Shown piece by piece: positions 1-11,833 of a stretch of DNA of 64,000 bases (the first letter of the stretch is position 1; each line of letters opens with the position of its first letter). The stretch comes from an uncultured Planctomycetota bacterium (GTDB taxonomy: Bacteria > Planctomycetota > Planctomycetia > Isosphaerales > Isosphaeraceae): the NCBI GenBank assembly GCA_963756475.1, contig CAVWND010000012.1, forward strand, positions 17,777 through 81,776, given 5' to 3'. A program made the position numbers and the translations under genes. The notes beneath the pieces were generated by a model. That model made no database searches, had not been told where the DNA came from, and saw nothing but the letters and a program-made list of their open reading frames with translations.

Positions 1-354
1 AAGGCCGTCGCGGACAAACCGCTGGTCCTGACCGCCGAAGGGGCGGGCGAAGGGGTCCGCCGGGTCACGCTGACGATCCCCGGCGAGCTTCGTTTCCTGC
101 TCCTCCTGGAGTCGGAGCCCTCCAGCCACGCCTTCGCCCGCCTGGGCGAGGTCGGATTCACCCGCAACGGCGTCGCCTTCGCCGCCGGCGAGTCGGGCCC
201 GGTCTGCATCGTCACCGAGGGACGAGGCACGATCCAGGTCTCCCACAAGGGCAAGACCTATTACGTCTGCTGCTCGGGCTGCCGCGACCTCTTCAACAAG
301 GACCCCGAAGCAATCATCGCCGAGGCCGCCGAACGGGCGAAGGCCAAGAAATAG
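1..354 (+). CDS. YHS/TRASH-domain protein, 5'-truncated by the window edge
   Basis: Frame 1 reads ...GPVCIVTEGRGTIQVSHKGKTYYVCCSGCRDLFNKDPE..., a YHS-like motif; stop TAG at 352-354. Confidence 0.7.
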   Translation, partial: KAVADKPLVLTAEGAGEGVRRVTLTIPGELRFLLLLESEPSSHAFARLGEVGFTRNGVAFAAGESGPVCIVTEGRGTIQVSHKGKTYYVCCSGCRDLFNKDPEAIIAEAAERAKAKK

Positions 355-492
355 TGGTCAGTGGTCAGTGGTCAGTGGTCAGTGGTCAGTGGTCAGTATG
401 ACTATCGCGAATTTGGGCATGACCTGGCATAATTCCTCTGTCTGGAACCCGCTCGCCGATCTCTCCGTACTGACCACTGACCACTGACCACT
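353..492. repeat. Inverted pair of heptamer tandem repeats
   Basis: (AGTGGTC)x6 at 353-397 and reverse-complement (ACTGACC)x3 at 469-492. Confidence 0.95.
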
Positions 493-512
493 CCCACACC
501 GACCGCCCGCTC

Positions 513-1394
513 ATGAATCACTCGGAGCCCATCGACGCTGCGGGGCTCTCGGCGGCGACCCTTTGCTGCCTGCTCTGGGGCGGCAACGCGGTGGCCGCGA
601 AGTATGCGATCTCGGAGTCGGGCCTGCCGCCGATCGGCGGGGCTGGCCTCCGGTTCCTGATCAGCCTGCCGGTCGTGCTCCTGATCTGCCGGAAGGCGGG
701 GGTGACGTGGCGGGTTGAGTCCCGGCTCTGGTGGCTGCTCGGGGTTCATGGGCTCCTGACCGCCGTGCAGATCGGCACGTTCAACTGGGGGACGAGCCAC
801 AGCGAGGCGGGCCGGTCGTCGGTCTTCATCAATATTCACCCGCTGGTGGTCGCCCCGCTGGCGTGGCTCCTGCTCGGCGAGCGGATCGGCGTCCGGGGAA
901 TCCTCGGGCTGGTCGCCGCGGCGCTCGGCGTGGGGGTGATGTTGATCAAGCCCTTGATGCTCGGCGGCGGGCTGGTCGGCGACCTGGTCGTGCTGGCCTC
1001 GGGCCTCATCTTCGGGTTCCAGGCGATCGCCCAGAAGAAGACCTTCCCGATCATCCCGCCGACGACCTTGTTGCTGGCGCAGTCGGCGCTGGCGGTCCCG
1101 CTGAGCTTCCTCTATAGCGCGGCGTTCGAGGGGACGTCGAGCTACCACTTCACGCCCGAGGTGACCTGGGGTCTGGTCTACCAGGGCCTTCTCGTCTCGG
1201 GCGTGGCCTTCGCGGTCTGGATGATCCTGCTCCGCCGCTACCCCGCCGGCCGGCTGACCGCCGTCGCGTTTTTGACCCCCCTGTTCGGGATCGCGCTGGG
1301 CACCCTGATCCGGGGCGAGGCGTTCACCTGGCCGCTGGCCGTGGGGGCCTCGCTGGTGGGCCTGGGGATCTATCTGGTCGCGGTGGAGAGGTAG
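513..1394 (+). CDS. DMT/EamA family transporter
   Basis: 293 aa, about 10 TM helices, LLWGGN start, LLLGER motif, two EamA halves. Confidence 0.92.
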   Translation: MNHSEPIDAAGLSAATLCCLLWGGNAVAAKYAISESGLPPIGGAGLRFLISLPVVLLICRKAGVTWRVESRLWWLLGVHGLLTAVQIGTFNWGTSHSEAGRSSVFINIHPLVVAPLAWLLLGERIGVRGILGLVAAALGVGVMLIKPLMLGGGLVGDLVVLASGLIFGFQAIAQKKTFPIIPPTTLLLAQSALAVPLSFLYSAAFEGTSSYHFTPEVTWGLVYQGLLVSGVAFAVWMILLRRYPAGRLTAVAFLTPLFGIALGTLIRGEAFTWPLAVGASLVGLGIYLVAVER

Positions 1395-1518
1395 TTCTCC
1401 CGTCAGGAAACCTGACACTCGTCGCCGAAGGAGCGTCGGTCAACCTGCCGGGGCAGACCGCGATCGGCCCCGCCCGGTGGGGCGGTCGATCCTGGTCGAA
1501 AAACGGCGTTGGGAGGGG

Positions 1519-2220
1519 TCAGCGAGGCCGGCCGATCGTCATCGGCACGTCAATTTTGGCCCCCTTCGGCGCCGGATTGGGCATCCCGAGCGGCCGGGAG
1601 GGCTTCGGGAGCTTCAACTCGGGGTAAAGAGCCTCGAACTCGTCGTCGAACCTGTCCAGCTCCGAAAACGAAGCCATCAACTGGTCGAGCGACGGTGCCT
1701 TCTCTTCCGGGACGACGGGTTTGCACTGCCGCTCGACCTGACGCAACTCCTTGAGCGCCCGATAGAAACCTCGTTCGGCGGCAGCCTCGTACTTGCGAGC
1801 CAGGGTCGCCTCCTTCGACGGGTCGAACATCGCCCGGCGGACGGCCTCGGACCGGAGCTTGGCCGCTTCTTCTTCCGAAGCCCCCTCGGGAGCGACGAAT
1901 TCAGCCTCGACGTTCCGGATGCGTTCGGTCTGGGTCACGGTCTGCTGGTCGGCGGCCCGTTCCATCCGGACCGAGTTCAGCGCGGCGCGGCGGACGATCG
2001 CCCGCCCCACCTCGCCGGTCGGCTCCAGTTCCTTCTCGAACGCGATGGCCCGGCGCTTGACCTCGGCGGCGTCGCCTTCGGGCAGGACGATCCCCGCGCC
2101 GGTCAGGCCGTGCTTGAGCGCGTTCCGTCGCGACTGTTCCTTGCCCTCGGCGGTCTTGGGGCCAGTGCTGCGTTTGGCGTTTTGCTGGTTGGCCTTGATC
2201 CGGGCTTCGCTGGCGGGCAT
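1519..2220 (-). CDS. Hypothetical protein of the multicopy 'ANxxNAxxSTGPKTxEGK...NALKHGL' family (HGGxSTG-related N-terminus)
   Basis: N-terminus MPASEARIKANQQNAKRSTGPKTAEGKEQSRRNALKHGLTG; GAGGA RBS upstream. Confidence 0.8.
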   Translation of the reverse strand: MPASEARIKANQQNAKRSTGPKTAEGKEQSRRNALKHGLTGAGIVLPEGDAAEVKRRAIAFEKELEPTGEVGRAIVRRAALNSVRMERAADQQTVTQTERIRNVEAEFVAPEGASEEEAAKLRSEAVRRAMFDPSKEATLARKYEAAAERGFYRALKELRQVERQCKPVVPEEKAPSLDQLMASFSELDRFDDEFEALYPELKLPKPSRPLGMPNPAPKGAKIDVPMTIGRPR

Positions 2221-2288
2221 GGTCGCGGTCCTCTCGGAAGGGGCGAGGTGAGATCACCTGGGCCTGGTCCGGCCCTCGCCCTTTACAT

Positions 2289-2341
2289 TCAGGTTCGCGC
2301 CCGCGCGATTATTCCTGTTTTTTCGGAATCGCGCCATTTTG
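2289..2341 (-). promoter_or_regulatory. Dispersed ~54-bp upstream element, copy 1
   Basis: Near-identical to 45565-45618; contains a GCGCGATT...AATCGCGC inverted repeat. Confidence 0.6.
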
Positions 2342-2394
2342 TCCGATGTCGCCTTCCTTCTGAAGTGCGGGAGCTTGCTCCCTTGCCCGGCAAT

Positions 2395-2434
2395 GGAGAC
2401 AGGCCCCGCCCGAGTACCGCCGGAGCCAGTCCCC
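2395..2434. repeat. REP-like palindrome (GGGGACAGGCACC...GGAGCCAGTCCCC family)
   Basis: Matches arms at 5783-5999 and 56294-56441. Confidence 0.75.
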
Positions 2435-2774
2435 GTTCCCAGGCAAAATCGAGAAGGAAACAGCCCTGCCGGAGGATTCAGGGCCATTCGACTCGCAACG
2501 GGTGTGCGGGCGAAACGGCGGAAAACCTCCGGCGGGGTTGGGGGACGGGACGGTGCGCGCAACGGATTCCGGCCTCACCACGCCACGAGGTCCGGATGAC
2601 GGGAATGCGATCCGGAGCCGTGTTGAACTTCGGCCGATCGTCCGATAACCCTGGCATTCCCCTGCTTCGGGCGATCGATTATGATCCCGCCCGATCCGCC
2701 GAGTCGGGCCCCAGGATGGGGCGCGGGTCGAGCCGACCTGAGACGCCGAATCGAGGAAGGATTCCTCAAAGCCC

Positions 2775-3975
2775 ATGCGCGACGGTCGTTGTCGCCGTTA
2801 CCGGACGTTCATTCTTGCGGCGGCAGTGGTCCTGCTGGCGGGGCCCGGCTGCGCTTCGATGCGGCGGAATGCCACCTCGCCCGACTTGCGACCTTGCGAT
2901 GAGGGGTTCGCCACGACCAAGGACGGGTGGAGGCTCGGGATGCGCCGGGTCCGCCCGGATTGTCCCGACCCGACCAAGCTGCCGGTCGTCCTCTGCCACG
3001 GTCTGGGGCTCAACGGGACCTTCTGGACGATCACCGACAACCACCTGCCCGGCCAGCTCGCGAGCCGGGGCTACGAGGTCTTCATCGTCAACATGCGGGG
3101 CTCGGGCGCGAGCCATCGGGTGGGCTTGCCGGGCAAGGTGAATCAGGTTCTCCGCCAGACGCCGATCCGCGAGGTCGGGGCTCGGGACTGGAACGTCGAT
3201 GACGAGGCGAAGTACGACGTCCCGGCGATCCTCGACTATGTCCGCGACGAGACCGGCAGCGAGCGGGTCAACTGGGTCGGCCACAGCCTGGGCGGGATGC
3301 TGATGTTCCCGTTCCTGGAGTTCTCGCCCGAGGCCGGGCGGATCGCCAACTTCGTGGACATGGGCGGCGTGGCGATGGTGGTCGACACCCCCGACATCCG
3401 CGAGATGCGCAAGGCCGACAAGGCCCTGCGGGTACTCTCGCTCGGCCTGAGCACCGGGCGACTGGGCCGGCCGATGATGTACGGCCGGCTTCCGGGGCTG
3501 GAGATGATCGACCGCTTCTATTACACGGCGTCGAACGTCAACAAGCGGACGGTCTCGCGGTTCTACGGCTACACGCTGGAGGACCCCGGTGCGGGCGCCC
3601 TGAAGCAGCTCGACCCGTACCTCTGGACTGGCCACATGCTCTCGGCCGACCGGTCGATCGACTACGCCTCGGCGCTCGACCGGGTGCTGGTCCCCGATGC
3701 TGATGGTCGCCGGCGAGGGGGACATCATGGCCGATGTCCCGTCGTCGATCCTGACGTTTAACTCGCTCGGAAGCGCCGACAAGACGTTATTGCGGTTCGG
3801 CCGGCTCGACGGCCACCTCGCCGACTACGGCCACTGCGACCTCGTCTGGAGCCGGAACGCGCCTAAAGAGGTCTTCCCGCCGGTGATCGACTGGCTGGAC
3901 CTCCGCCAGCCGGGGGCCGTCACGACGCGGCAGACGTTCCCCTCGCCCCAGCACGCGACGGAGCAAGGGCCTTGA
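2775..3975 (+). CDS. Alpha/beta hydrolase, probable lipoprotein (frameshift near 3690)
   Basis: AGPGC lipobox-like signal, LCHGLG oxyanion motif, GHSLGG nucleophile elbow, DYGHCDL in the second frame. Confidence 0.85.
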
Positions 3976-4371
3976 TCAGCCGCTTTTTTTGGCCAGGCGC
4001 TTGGACCTCTGTGATGGCTCGGGAATGTGTGTGCTGGGGGTAGATACCGCGTCTGACGGGTACGACGTCACTGGTGTGGTCAGGTCTTCGAGCTTGCCAC
4101 CGAGCGCGAAGAAGGCGCGGAACATCAGGTCGAGCGAGACCTCACCCAACCCCATCTCGACCTTGGCCACCCTCGACTGGGTCGAGCCGATCATCTTGCC
4201 GAGCGCCTTCTGCGTCATCCCCTTCGCCTCGCGCAGGCGTCTGATCCCGTGACGCAGGTCGCCCCGGAGTTCGACGTGCTGACGCTCGGCGTCGGTCAAG
4301 CCGAGGAAGTCGCCGTAATCTCCCATCGTCCAACCGGCGGCCTCCAGCCGCTTCCGCTTGGCCTCGTCCAT
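3976..4371 (-). CDS. XRE/HigA-type HTH antitoxin
   Basis: MDEAKRKRLEAAGW N-terminus and MTQKALGKMIGSTQSRVAKVE HTH; lies directly downstream of a RelE-fold toxin. Confidence 0.88.
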   Translation of the reverse strand: MDEAKRKRLEAAGWTMGDYGDFLGLTDAERQHVELRGDLRHGIRRLREAKGMTQKALGKMIGSTQSRVAKVEMGLGEVSLDLMFRAFFALGGKLEDLTTPVTSYPSDAVSTPSTHIPEPSQRSKRLAKKSG

Positions 4372-4502
4372 TTCGGGTCTCCCTCGGCAGGGTCACGCCT
4401 GATCGTAAGACTTCATCCTCGCCTTGCAAGCGTCGATGATGGGTTTTGGGGTTTTCGGCGTCGTCTTGGCGAACACCGCGAGGATCAGCACCGCGTCGCT
4501 AT

Positions 4503-4809
4503 TTCTACTGTCACGGATCGATGATTTTAAGTACGACCTAACTCTCTTCGCCCGAGTGATTTGCAGCCCCGGAGGGGCGACCGTCCGTAGCCCAAGGTGA
4601 AACCCTGGGTTCCGGCGGGTAAAAAAACCCAACGAGCCCTGGAAGGGCGACAGTCGGCTCCGATCGCGTCCAGACTGCCGCCCTTCCAGGGCTTGTTTTT
4701 CTGGTCGGTCCTACCTTCCCAGGGTTTCACCCTGGGCTACTGACGGTCGCCCCTCCGGGGCTGCAAGAGAAATGATCTCTTGAGCTTACGCCAATCCGTG
4801 ACAGTAGAA
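4503..4809. mobile_element. 307-bp non-autonomous MITE, 16-bp TIR, 4-bp TSD
   Basis: TTCTACTGTCACGGAT at 4503-4518 and ATCCGTGACAGTAGAA at 4794-4809; CTAT duplicated at 4499-4502 and 4810-4813; no transposase ORF. Confidence 0.93.
4561..4766. repeat. Long nested REP-like palindrome inside the MITE
   Basis: TTGCAGCCCCGGAGGGGCGACCGTC...GACGGTCGCCCCTCCGGGGCTGCAA with inner arms AGCCCTGGAAGGGCG / CGCCCTTCCAGGGCT. Confidence 0.9.
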
Positions 4810-5067
4810 CTATCGATCCGGTAGATGATCCGCCAGTGATGGTCCTCATCGCGGACGCGGAGTTCGTGGCATCGAGATCCGATGCTCGGCATCGGCCGAG
4901 AGAGCGGCATGCCGATCGAGTTGCCGATCTGGATGTCTCTGAGGAGGTCGCCCGCCTCGATCCTCGCCGCCTCGGTGAACGGTGGCGACTTGATCTCGCC
5001 CGACAGCCAGAACAAGGGCTTGCGGTCGCCGTTCATCGTCCAATCCTATGCCGGATCTGGCATGCGG

Positions 5068-5697
5068 TCAATGTTGCTCCGGGTGGCCTGGCGCGGTCGG
5101 ATGCGGCGTCCCGGGTTCGGTCGGGATGGGCTCCCAGCGGCCGAGAGGCTTCTGGAATCGCCCTCGGCAACCGAGGCATTGATAAGACCGGCCTCGCGTG
5201 ACTTCCGGCCGGACCCGGAACTTCGCGTCGGGAAGGAGCATCAGACGCCGGCAGTCCGGACACCGAGCCGGCACGATTCCCCTGAGAAGGTACAAGAGGA
5301 TTAGTCCAAATGCCGCGATGAAGAACGAGCCTATTACCAGGGACGTGAAGTCCAGGCGTGGGCCTCGGCCGGAGATCTGCTCTCCGACGACCATGACCAT
5401 GACGAAGACGGTAAACCCGAGGGCCACGAGCACGGAAGTCGCCACTAACGCGAGGATCAGCCAGTCCTTGAGCTGGCCCCTCCGCAGCAGGGGGAATGCG
5501 ATGATCGCCAGGGCCAGCGGCGCGAGCAAGCCTTCCATGACGATGATGAACCATGGGCTGCCCCGGCCGACGCCTTCCTCCGAGAGCCGGACGCCGAAGG
5601 CCAGGCACGATGACGCCACGGCCCCGAGGACGACCAGTTTCATCATCTGGAGGACCGTCGGCGATGGGATTCGAGGTCGGTCGCGGGGCTGGTTCAT
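5068..5697 (-). CDS. Hypothetical membrane protein with C-terminal CxxC..CxxC zinc ribbon
   Basis: About 4 hydrophobic segments, then CPDC and CLGC; start inferred at MNQPRD. Confidence 0.65.
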   Translation of the reverse strand: MNQPRDRPRIPSPTVLQMMKLVVLGAVASSCLAFGVRLSEEGVGRGSPWFIIVMEGLLAPLALAIIAFPLLRRGQLKDWLILALVATSVLVALGFTVFVMVMVVGEQISGRGPRLDFTSLVIGSFFIAAFGLILLYLLRGIVPARCPDCRRLMLLPDAKFRVRPEVTRGRSYQCLGCRGRFQKPLGRWEPIPTEPGTPHPTAPGHPEQH

Positions 5698-5782
5698 CGG
5701 TCGATCCCCGGTCGGACAGAGGATTGCACGGTGCTGGCAAGACAGTGATTCACGGTCGGATCGCCCATAAGGGGAAGAGAAT

Positions 5783-5999
5783 GGGGACTGGCTCCCGGCC
5801 CTTTTTGACCGACCATCGAACCGGCGGAAGACGAGGCGGGCCGGGTGCCTGTCCCCATTCTCGGGTCGCATCAGCGGCGCGATTCTCCCTCTGGGAGCGG
5901 TCCCCAACCGGGACGCGACCGGAAGACGGGGACAGGCACCCGGCCCGAGTGGCCGTTGGGCGAGATCGGCGCCGCGACCGGGGCCGGGAGCCAGTCCCC
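5783..5999. repeat. REP-like doublet
   Basis: 19-bp outer inverted repeat GGGGACTGGCTCCCGGCCC and inner pair CGGGCCGGGTGCCTGTCCCC / GGGGACAGGCACCCGGCCCG. Confidence 0.9.
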
Positions 6000-6044
6000 G
6001 TCTTCCTCCATCATGGGTCATCCGAGTATGCACCGCTGTAGGTC

Positions 6045-6644
6045 TCATCCCGGCAGGGCGTCGATGCAGATCTGCGACCAGGTCTCGAATTGATCTCGAA
6101 GGGCGGGAAGGTCGACGATCTTCACGAATTCGGGGTCGGCCAGGGCGTCCTCGCGAGGAGTCATGTCGGGGCGGTCGAGGTCGTAGACGTGGACGACGCC
6201 GAGGTGGACCAGGCCGACGGGGTTGGAGTCGTCGTTGATCAGGCCGACCCGGCGGATCGCGCCGGGGCTCCGGATGTCGACCTCCTCGTCAAGCTCGCGG
6301 CGGAGGGCCATCTCGTAGGCGTCGAGGGTCCCACGCCCTTCGGCGTCGGCCTCGGCGACGTGGCCGCCGACGCCGAGCGAGCGGAGCCTTCGGAGCCTCG
6401 ACTCGCCGCCGCTCTTCCCTCGAACGTAGGTGAAGACAAGCCCGTTCGAGCGGAAAATGACGTAGGGTATGATCTGTTTGTACGACGGGTCATCCTCGAC
6501 CTCGGAGCGGGGGCGGAAGCTCGCCAGGTCGGGGACCAGCAAGGCGTTGAGGTAACGGTCGGCGTCGGCGGAGAACCCCTGGAACCGGCCCAGGCGGTCG
6601 AACTCGGCGGCGGGGACGATCAGGACTCGTTCGGATAGGCCCAC
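6045..6644 (-). CDS. NUDIX-like predicted phosphoesterase
   Basis: EDDPSYKQIIPY, SLGVGGHV, RELDEEV, GLINDD..VGLVHLG motifs. Confidence 0.88.
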   Translation of the reverse strand: MGLSERVLIVPAAEFDRLGRFQGFSADADRYLNALLVPDLASFRPRSEVEDDPSYKQIIPYVIFRSNGLVFTYVRGKSGGESRLRRLRSLGVGGHVAEADAEGRGTLDAYEMALRRELDEEVDIRSPGAIRRVGLINDDSNPVGLVHLGVVHVYDLDRPDMTPREDALADPEFVKIVDLPALRDQFETWSQICIDALPG

Positions 6645-6937
6645 GGCGGGATTGACCTCGGCGGAGGGATGGAGTCTCGGGACCGGCTCGGGCGGCCCTC
6701 CTCACCCTGATTATCGGCGGGATCGACCCTCGGGCGAACCCTCCGGCCGCGATCAGCCCGATCGCGCTGGAAAGGTGAGCGCGCGGTCGATCATGAGGGA
6801 ATTCGAAAACCATGACCCGATCGCGCGGGGCGGGATGGATGCATCAGAGCATTTTCGATGCGTTGTGCTAGGCTGGGTTGGGCCGGTATGATGGAGCACT
6901 TCACGCCGGCGGCGGACGTTCTTCCTGGAGTACCAAG

Positions 6938-9420
<2,483 letters not shown>

Positions 9421-9454
9421 GCCGAGCGGTGCCGCGATTCACGGAGGCCATCTC

Positions 9455-9874
9455 ATGCTCTTCTACCGGATCGCCGCCGACCTGGTCGTCACCTTTCACT
9501 TCGGGTACATCGCCTTCGTGGTCTTCGGCCTCTGCGCGATCCTGGTCGGGCTGGCGCTGGGCTGGAATTGGGTCCGGAACCCCTGGTTCCGCGTCGCCCA
9601 TCTGGTCGCGATCGCGATCGTGGCCGTCCAGGCGCTCCTGGGCATCGTCTGCCCGCTGACGACGCTCGAAAAAGCCCTGCGGGTTCGCGCCGGCCAGGCG
9701 ACCTATCCCGGAGCGTTCATCGGCCACTGGGCGCACCAACTCACGTTCTACCAAGCCCCGCCGTGGGTCTTCACGCTCTGCTACACCCTGTTCGGCCTGG
9801 CCGTGCTGGGGACGTTCGTGCTGGCGCCCCCGCGATGGCGGAAGGGGGATGTCTCTTCCGGTCCTGCTTCGTGA
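9455..9874 (+). CDS. DUF2784 family membrane protein
   Basis: ADLVVTFHFGYIAFVVFG, FRVAHL, CPLTTLE motifs; GGAGG RBS. Confidence 0.88.
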   Translation: MLFYRIAADLVVTFHFGYIAFVVFGLCAILVGLALGWNWVRNPWFRVAHLVAIAIVAVQALLGIVCPLTTLEKALRVRAGQATYPGAFIGHWAHQLTFYQAPPWVFTLCYTLFGLAVLGTFVLAPPRWRKGDVSSGPAS

Positions 9875-9888
9875 TCCGCCGGGCCTGT

Positions 9889-10305
9889 TCAGTACGAAAG
9901 GACCAGCTTGCCGTCGGGCCCCGAAAGATAGAGGTGGAGTTGCTTCAACAGGTCCATGCCGAGGAGGACGTCGATCCCCGGAGTTGCCGGCTGTGCGGCG
10001 ACGACTTCCAGGTCGAACCAACGACCGGTTGATAGGTGCCCGTCAAACTTCAGTTCGACGTCGTAGATCAGGGTCCGCTTCACGCCTGAGGTCGGGCGAC
10101 GGATCGCCGCCGAGTCCCCGGGCCGCGGAGCCAGGCTCCGAACAACGGCGGGGCTGATGGCTGTTCTGGTCGCGCCGGTGTCCACCAGGGCCGTCCACGA
10201 GGACGGTGGCCCTCCCTTGCCGGCCCTTGCATAGGAGGCACCGACTCGAAGTCCGACCTGGAGGAGGCAGCCTAGGTCGCCCACGTCATAAGAATGAAAT
10301 GCCAT
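9889..10305 (-). CDS. Retropepsin-like (clan AA) aspartyl protease
   Basis: ALVDTGAT catalytic motif and LLGMDLL C-terminal motif. Confidence 0.88.
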   Translation of the reverse strand: MAFHSYDVGDLGCLLQVGLRVGASYARAGKGGPPSSWTALVDTGATRTAISPAVVRSLAPRPGDSAAIRRPTSGVKRTLIYDVELKFDGHLSTGRWFDLEVVAAQPATPGIDVLLGMDLLKQLHLYLSGPDGKLVLSY

Positions 10306-10314
10306 GCCGGGCTT

Positions 10315-10713
10315 TCAGGGCAGGGCGTTCTCGAGCACCTCGATCGGTTCGAGGGCGGCGATCTGCTTTACCATCGCCGGCTCATCGCCAAACCGATCGA
10401 CCGCCTCATCGAGCCCGGCCCGCCGCGTCGGAAAGATTCCGACGATCTCCCGGCCCTTGATCAGCACGTACTGGCCCTCATGGGCGAGCAATTCGCCCAG
10501 ATGCTGGCCGTAGGTGGCCAGTTCCTCGGCCATCGGGGTCTCTTCATCAATGTGGATCGCCGGGTCGAATGTCCTCCAATCGAAATATTCCCGCCGGGGC
10601 ATGACGGGAGCAAGCGCCGGGGTAATGGCCTGACCCGAATCCCCGGCCTTCGCGGTGCTCGAGTCTTCTTGAGTCGGCACCGTCACCAGCACGTCCGCTC
10701 TCGACTCATCCAT
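10315..10713 (-). CDS. DUF5678-like small protein
   Basis: ELLAHEGQYVLIKGREIVGIFPT motif; 9 bp upstream of the protease gene. Confidence 0.7.
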   Translation of the reverse strand: MDESRADVLVTVPTQEDSSTAKAGDSGQAITPALAPVMPRREYFDWRTFDPAIHIDEETPMAEELATYGQHLGELLAHEGQYVLIKGREIVGIFPTRRAGLDEAVDRFGDEPAMVKQIAALEPIEVLENALP

Positions 10714-10769
10714 CGGATGACCTCCCTCGGGCAACCATCTGACTCCTCGATCTTACCTGGAATCTTGCA

Positions 10770-11525
10770 TCACAACCGGCTCAGGAGTTCCGACTTCTTG
10801 GCGGCGAACTCCTCGGAAGAGAGGATTCCCTTTGCCTGGAGATCGGCCAGGCGCTCGATCTTGGCGAAGATGTCCGCTTCCTGGGCACTCCCGCTGGAGG
10901 ACGACGGCTGGGGCTGCGGGGCGTATTGCGGGGTGAACGTCGGCGCGGGGGCCTGCGGCGGGGCGCCGTTGACCGAGACGACGGGCAGGCTCGCGACGTC
11001 GACCGTGCCGTACTGGCTGGTCAAGGTGAGGCTCCCGCTCGAGCCTTGTTGCTGCGAGACGCCGCCGATCTGGTGGTCGAGCGTGTCGTAGACGGTCACG
11101 TTGCCGTTGATGTCGACGGCCAGCCGCCGGGCGTTCGAGAAATAGGCGTAGCGGGCATTGTTCTGGCCACCGCTGCTGTTCGGGCTGCCCAGATCGCCCG
11201 GCCACCAGGAGCCGCCCCCTTGCCAGGAAGACGGGCCGCTCGGGGGAGCCGGGACGAAGGGCTGCTGGCCCAGGAGCTGCGAGAGCTCGTTGCAGAGGCC
11301 GTCGACCTTGGCCTTCAGGCCGTGGTTGAACATGTCGCCGACCATGGTCATGCCGCCCTGCATCCACTGGCCGCCGCCGCCCAGCTCGGGGACGTAGAAC
11401 TGGGCCATCGACCCGTTGCCGTTGACGACCGACTGGAACAGGCTCATCACGGCGTCGGTGCTGATCCCGTAGCGGTAGGCGAGATCGTTGATCTTCTGCC
11501 ACGCGTGGTCCGTGAGGCGTTGCAA
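10770..11525 (-). CDS. SHOCT domain-containing protein
   Basis: TTG start after AGGAG; GGQWMQGGMTMVGDMFN motif; C-terminal IERLADLQAKGILSSEEFAAKKSELLSRL. Confidence 0.88.
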   Translation of the reverse strand: MQRLTDHAWQKINDLAYRYGISTDAVMSLFQSVVNGNGSMAQFYVPELGGGGQWMQGGMTMVGDMFNHGLKAKVDGLCNELSQLLGQQPFVPAPPSGPSSWQGGGSWWPGDLGSPNSSGGQNNARYAYFSNARRLAVDINGNVTVYDTLDHQIGGVSQQQGSSGSLTLTSQYGTVDVASLPVVSVNGAPPQAPAPTFTPQYAPQPQPSSSSGSAQEADIFAKIERLADLQAKGILSSEEFAAKKSELLSRL

Positions 11526-11833
11526 GGCGGAAGCTCCTGGAGCGAAAGTTGGCCCGCGTCCGACGCCCTTCGAGGACATCCGGAGGCCATCGGTTCAGCA
11601 TACGAGAACGATGAGTGCCCCGGCAAGCGAACGTCGGCGATTCGCGGGGCGTTCCCAGGCCGATCTCCCCGGGCGTCCCGGTTTTTACAAGAGGGATCGC
11701 GCGTTTTGCAAAAACTCCAGTTTTCCCGCCCCGAGCGACCGGTATACTGCCGCGACTTGCCCGGCTTTTGGTTCGCGCCCTCTGATTTTTCCGGGTCTTC
11801 GGCCTGAGCCCATCGGTCCCGTGGGGCGTACCC

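Larger units (their letters stand above)
4393..5036 (-). pseudogene. RelE/ParE (Gp49/HigB-like) toxin interrupted by a MITE
   Basis: The 5' part (..CHELRVRDEDHHWRIIYRID) and 3' part (SDAVLILAVFAKTTPKTP..) rejoin in frame as 110 aa when 4503-4813 is removed. Confidence 0.92.
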
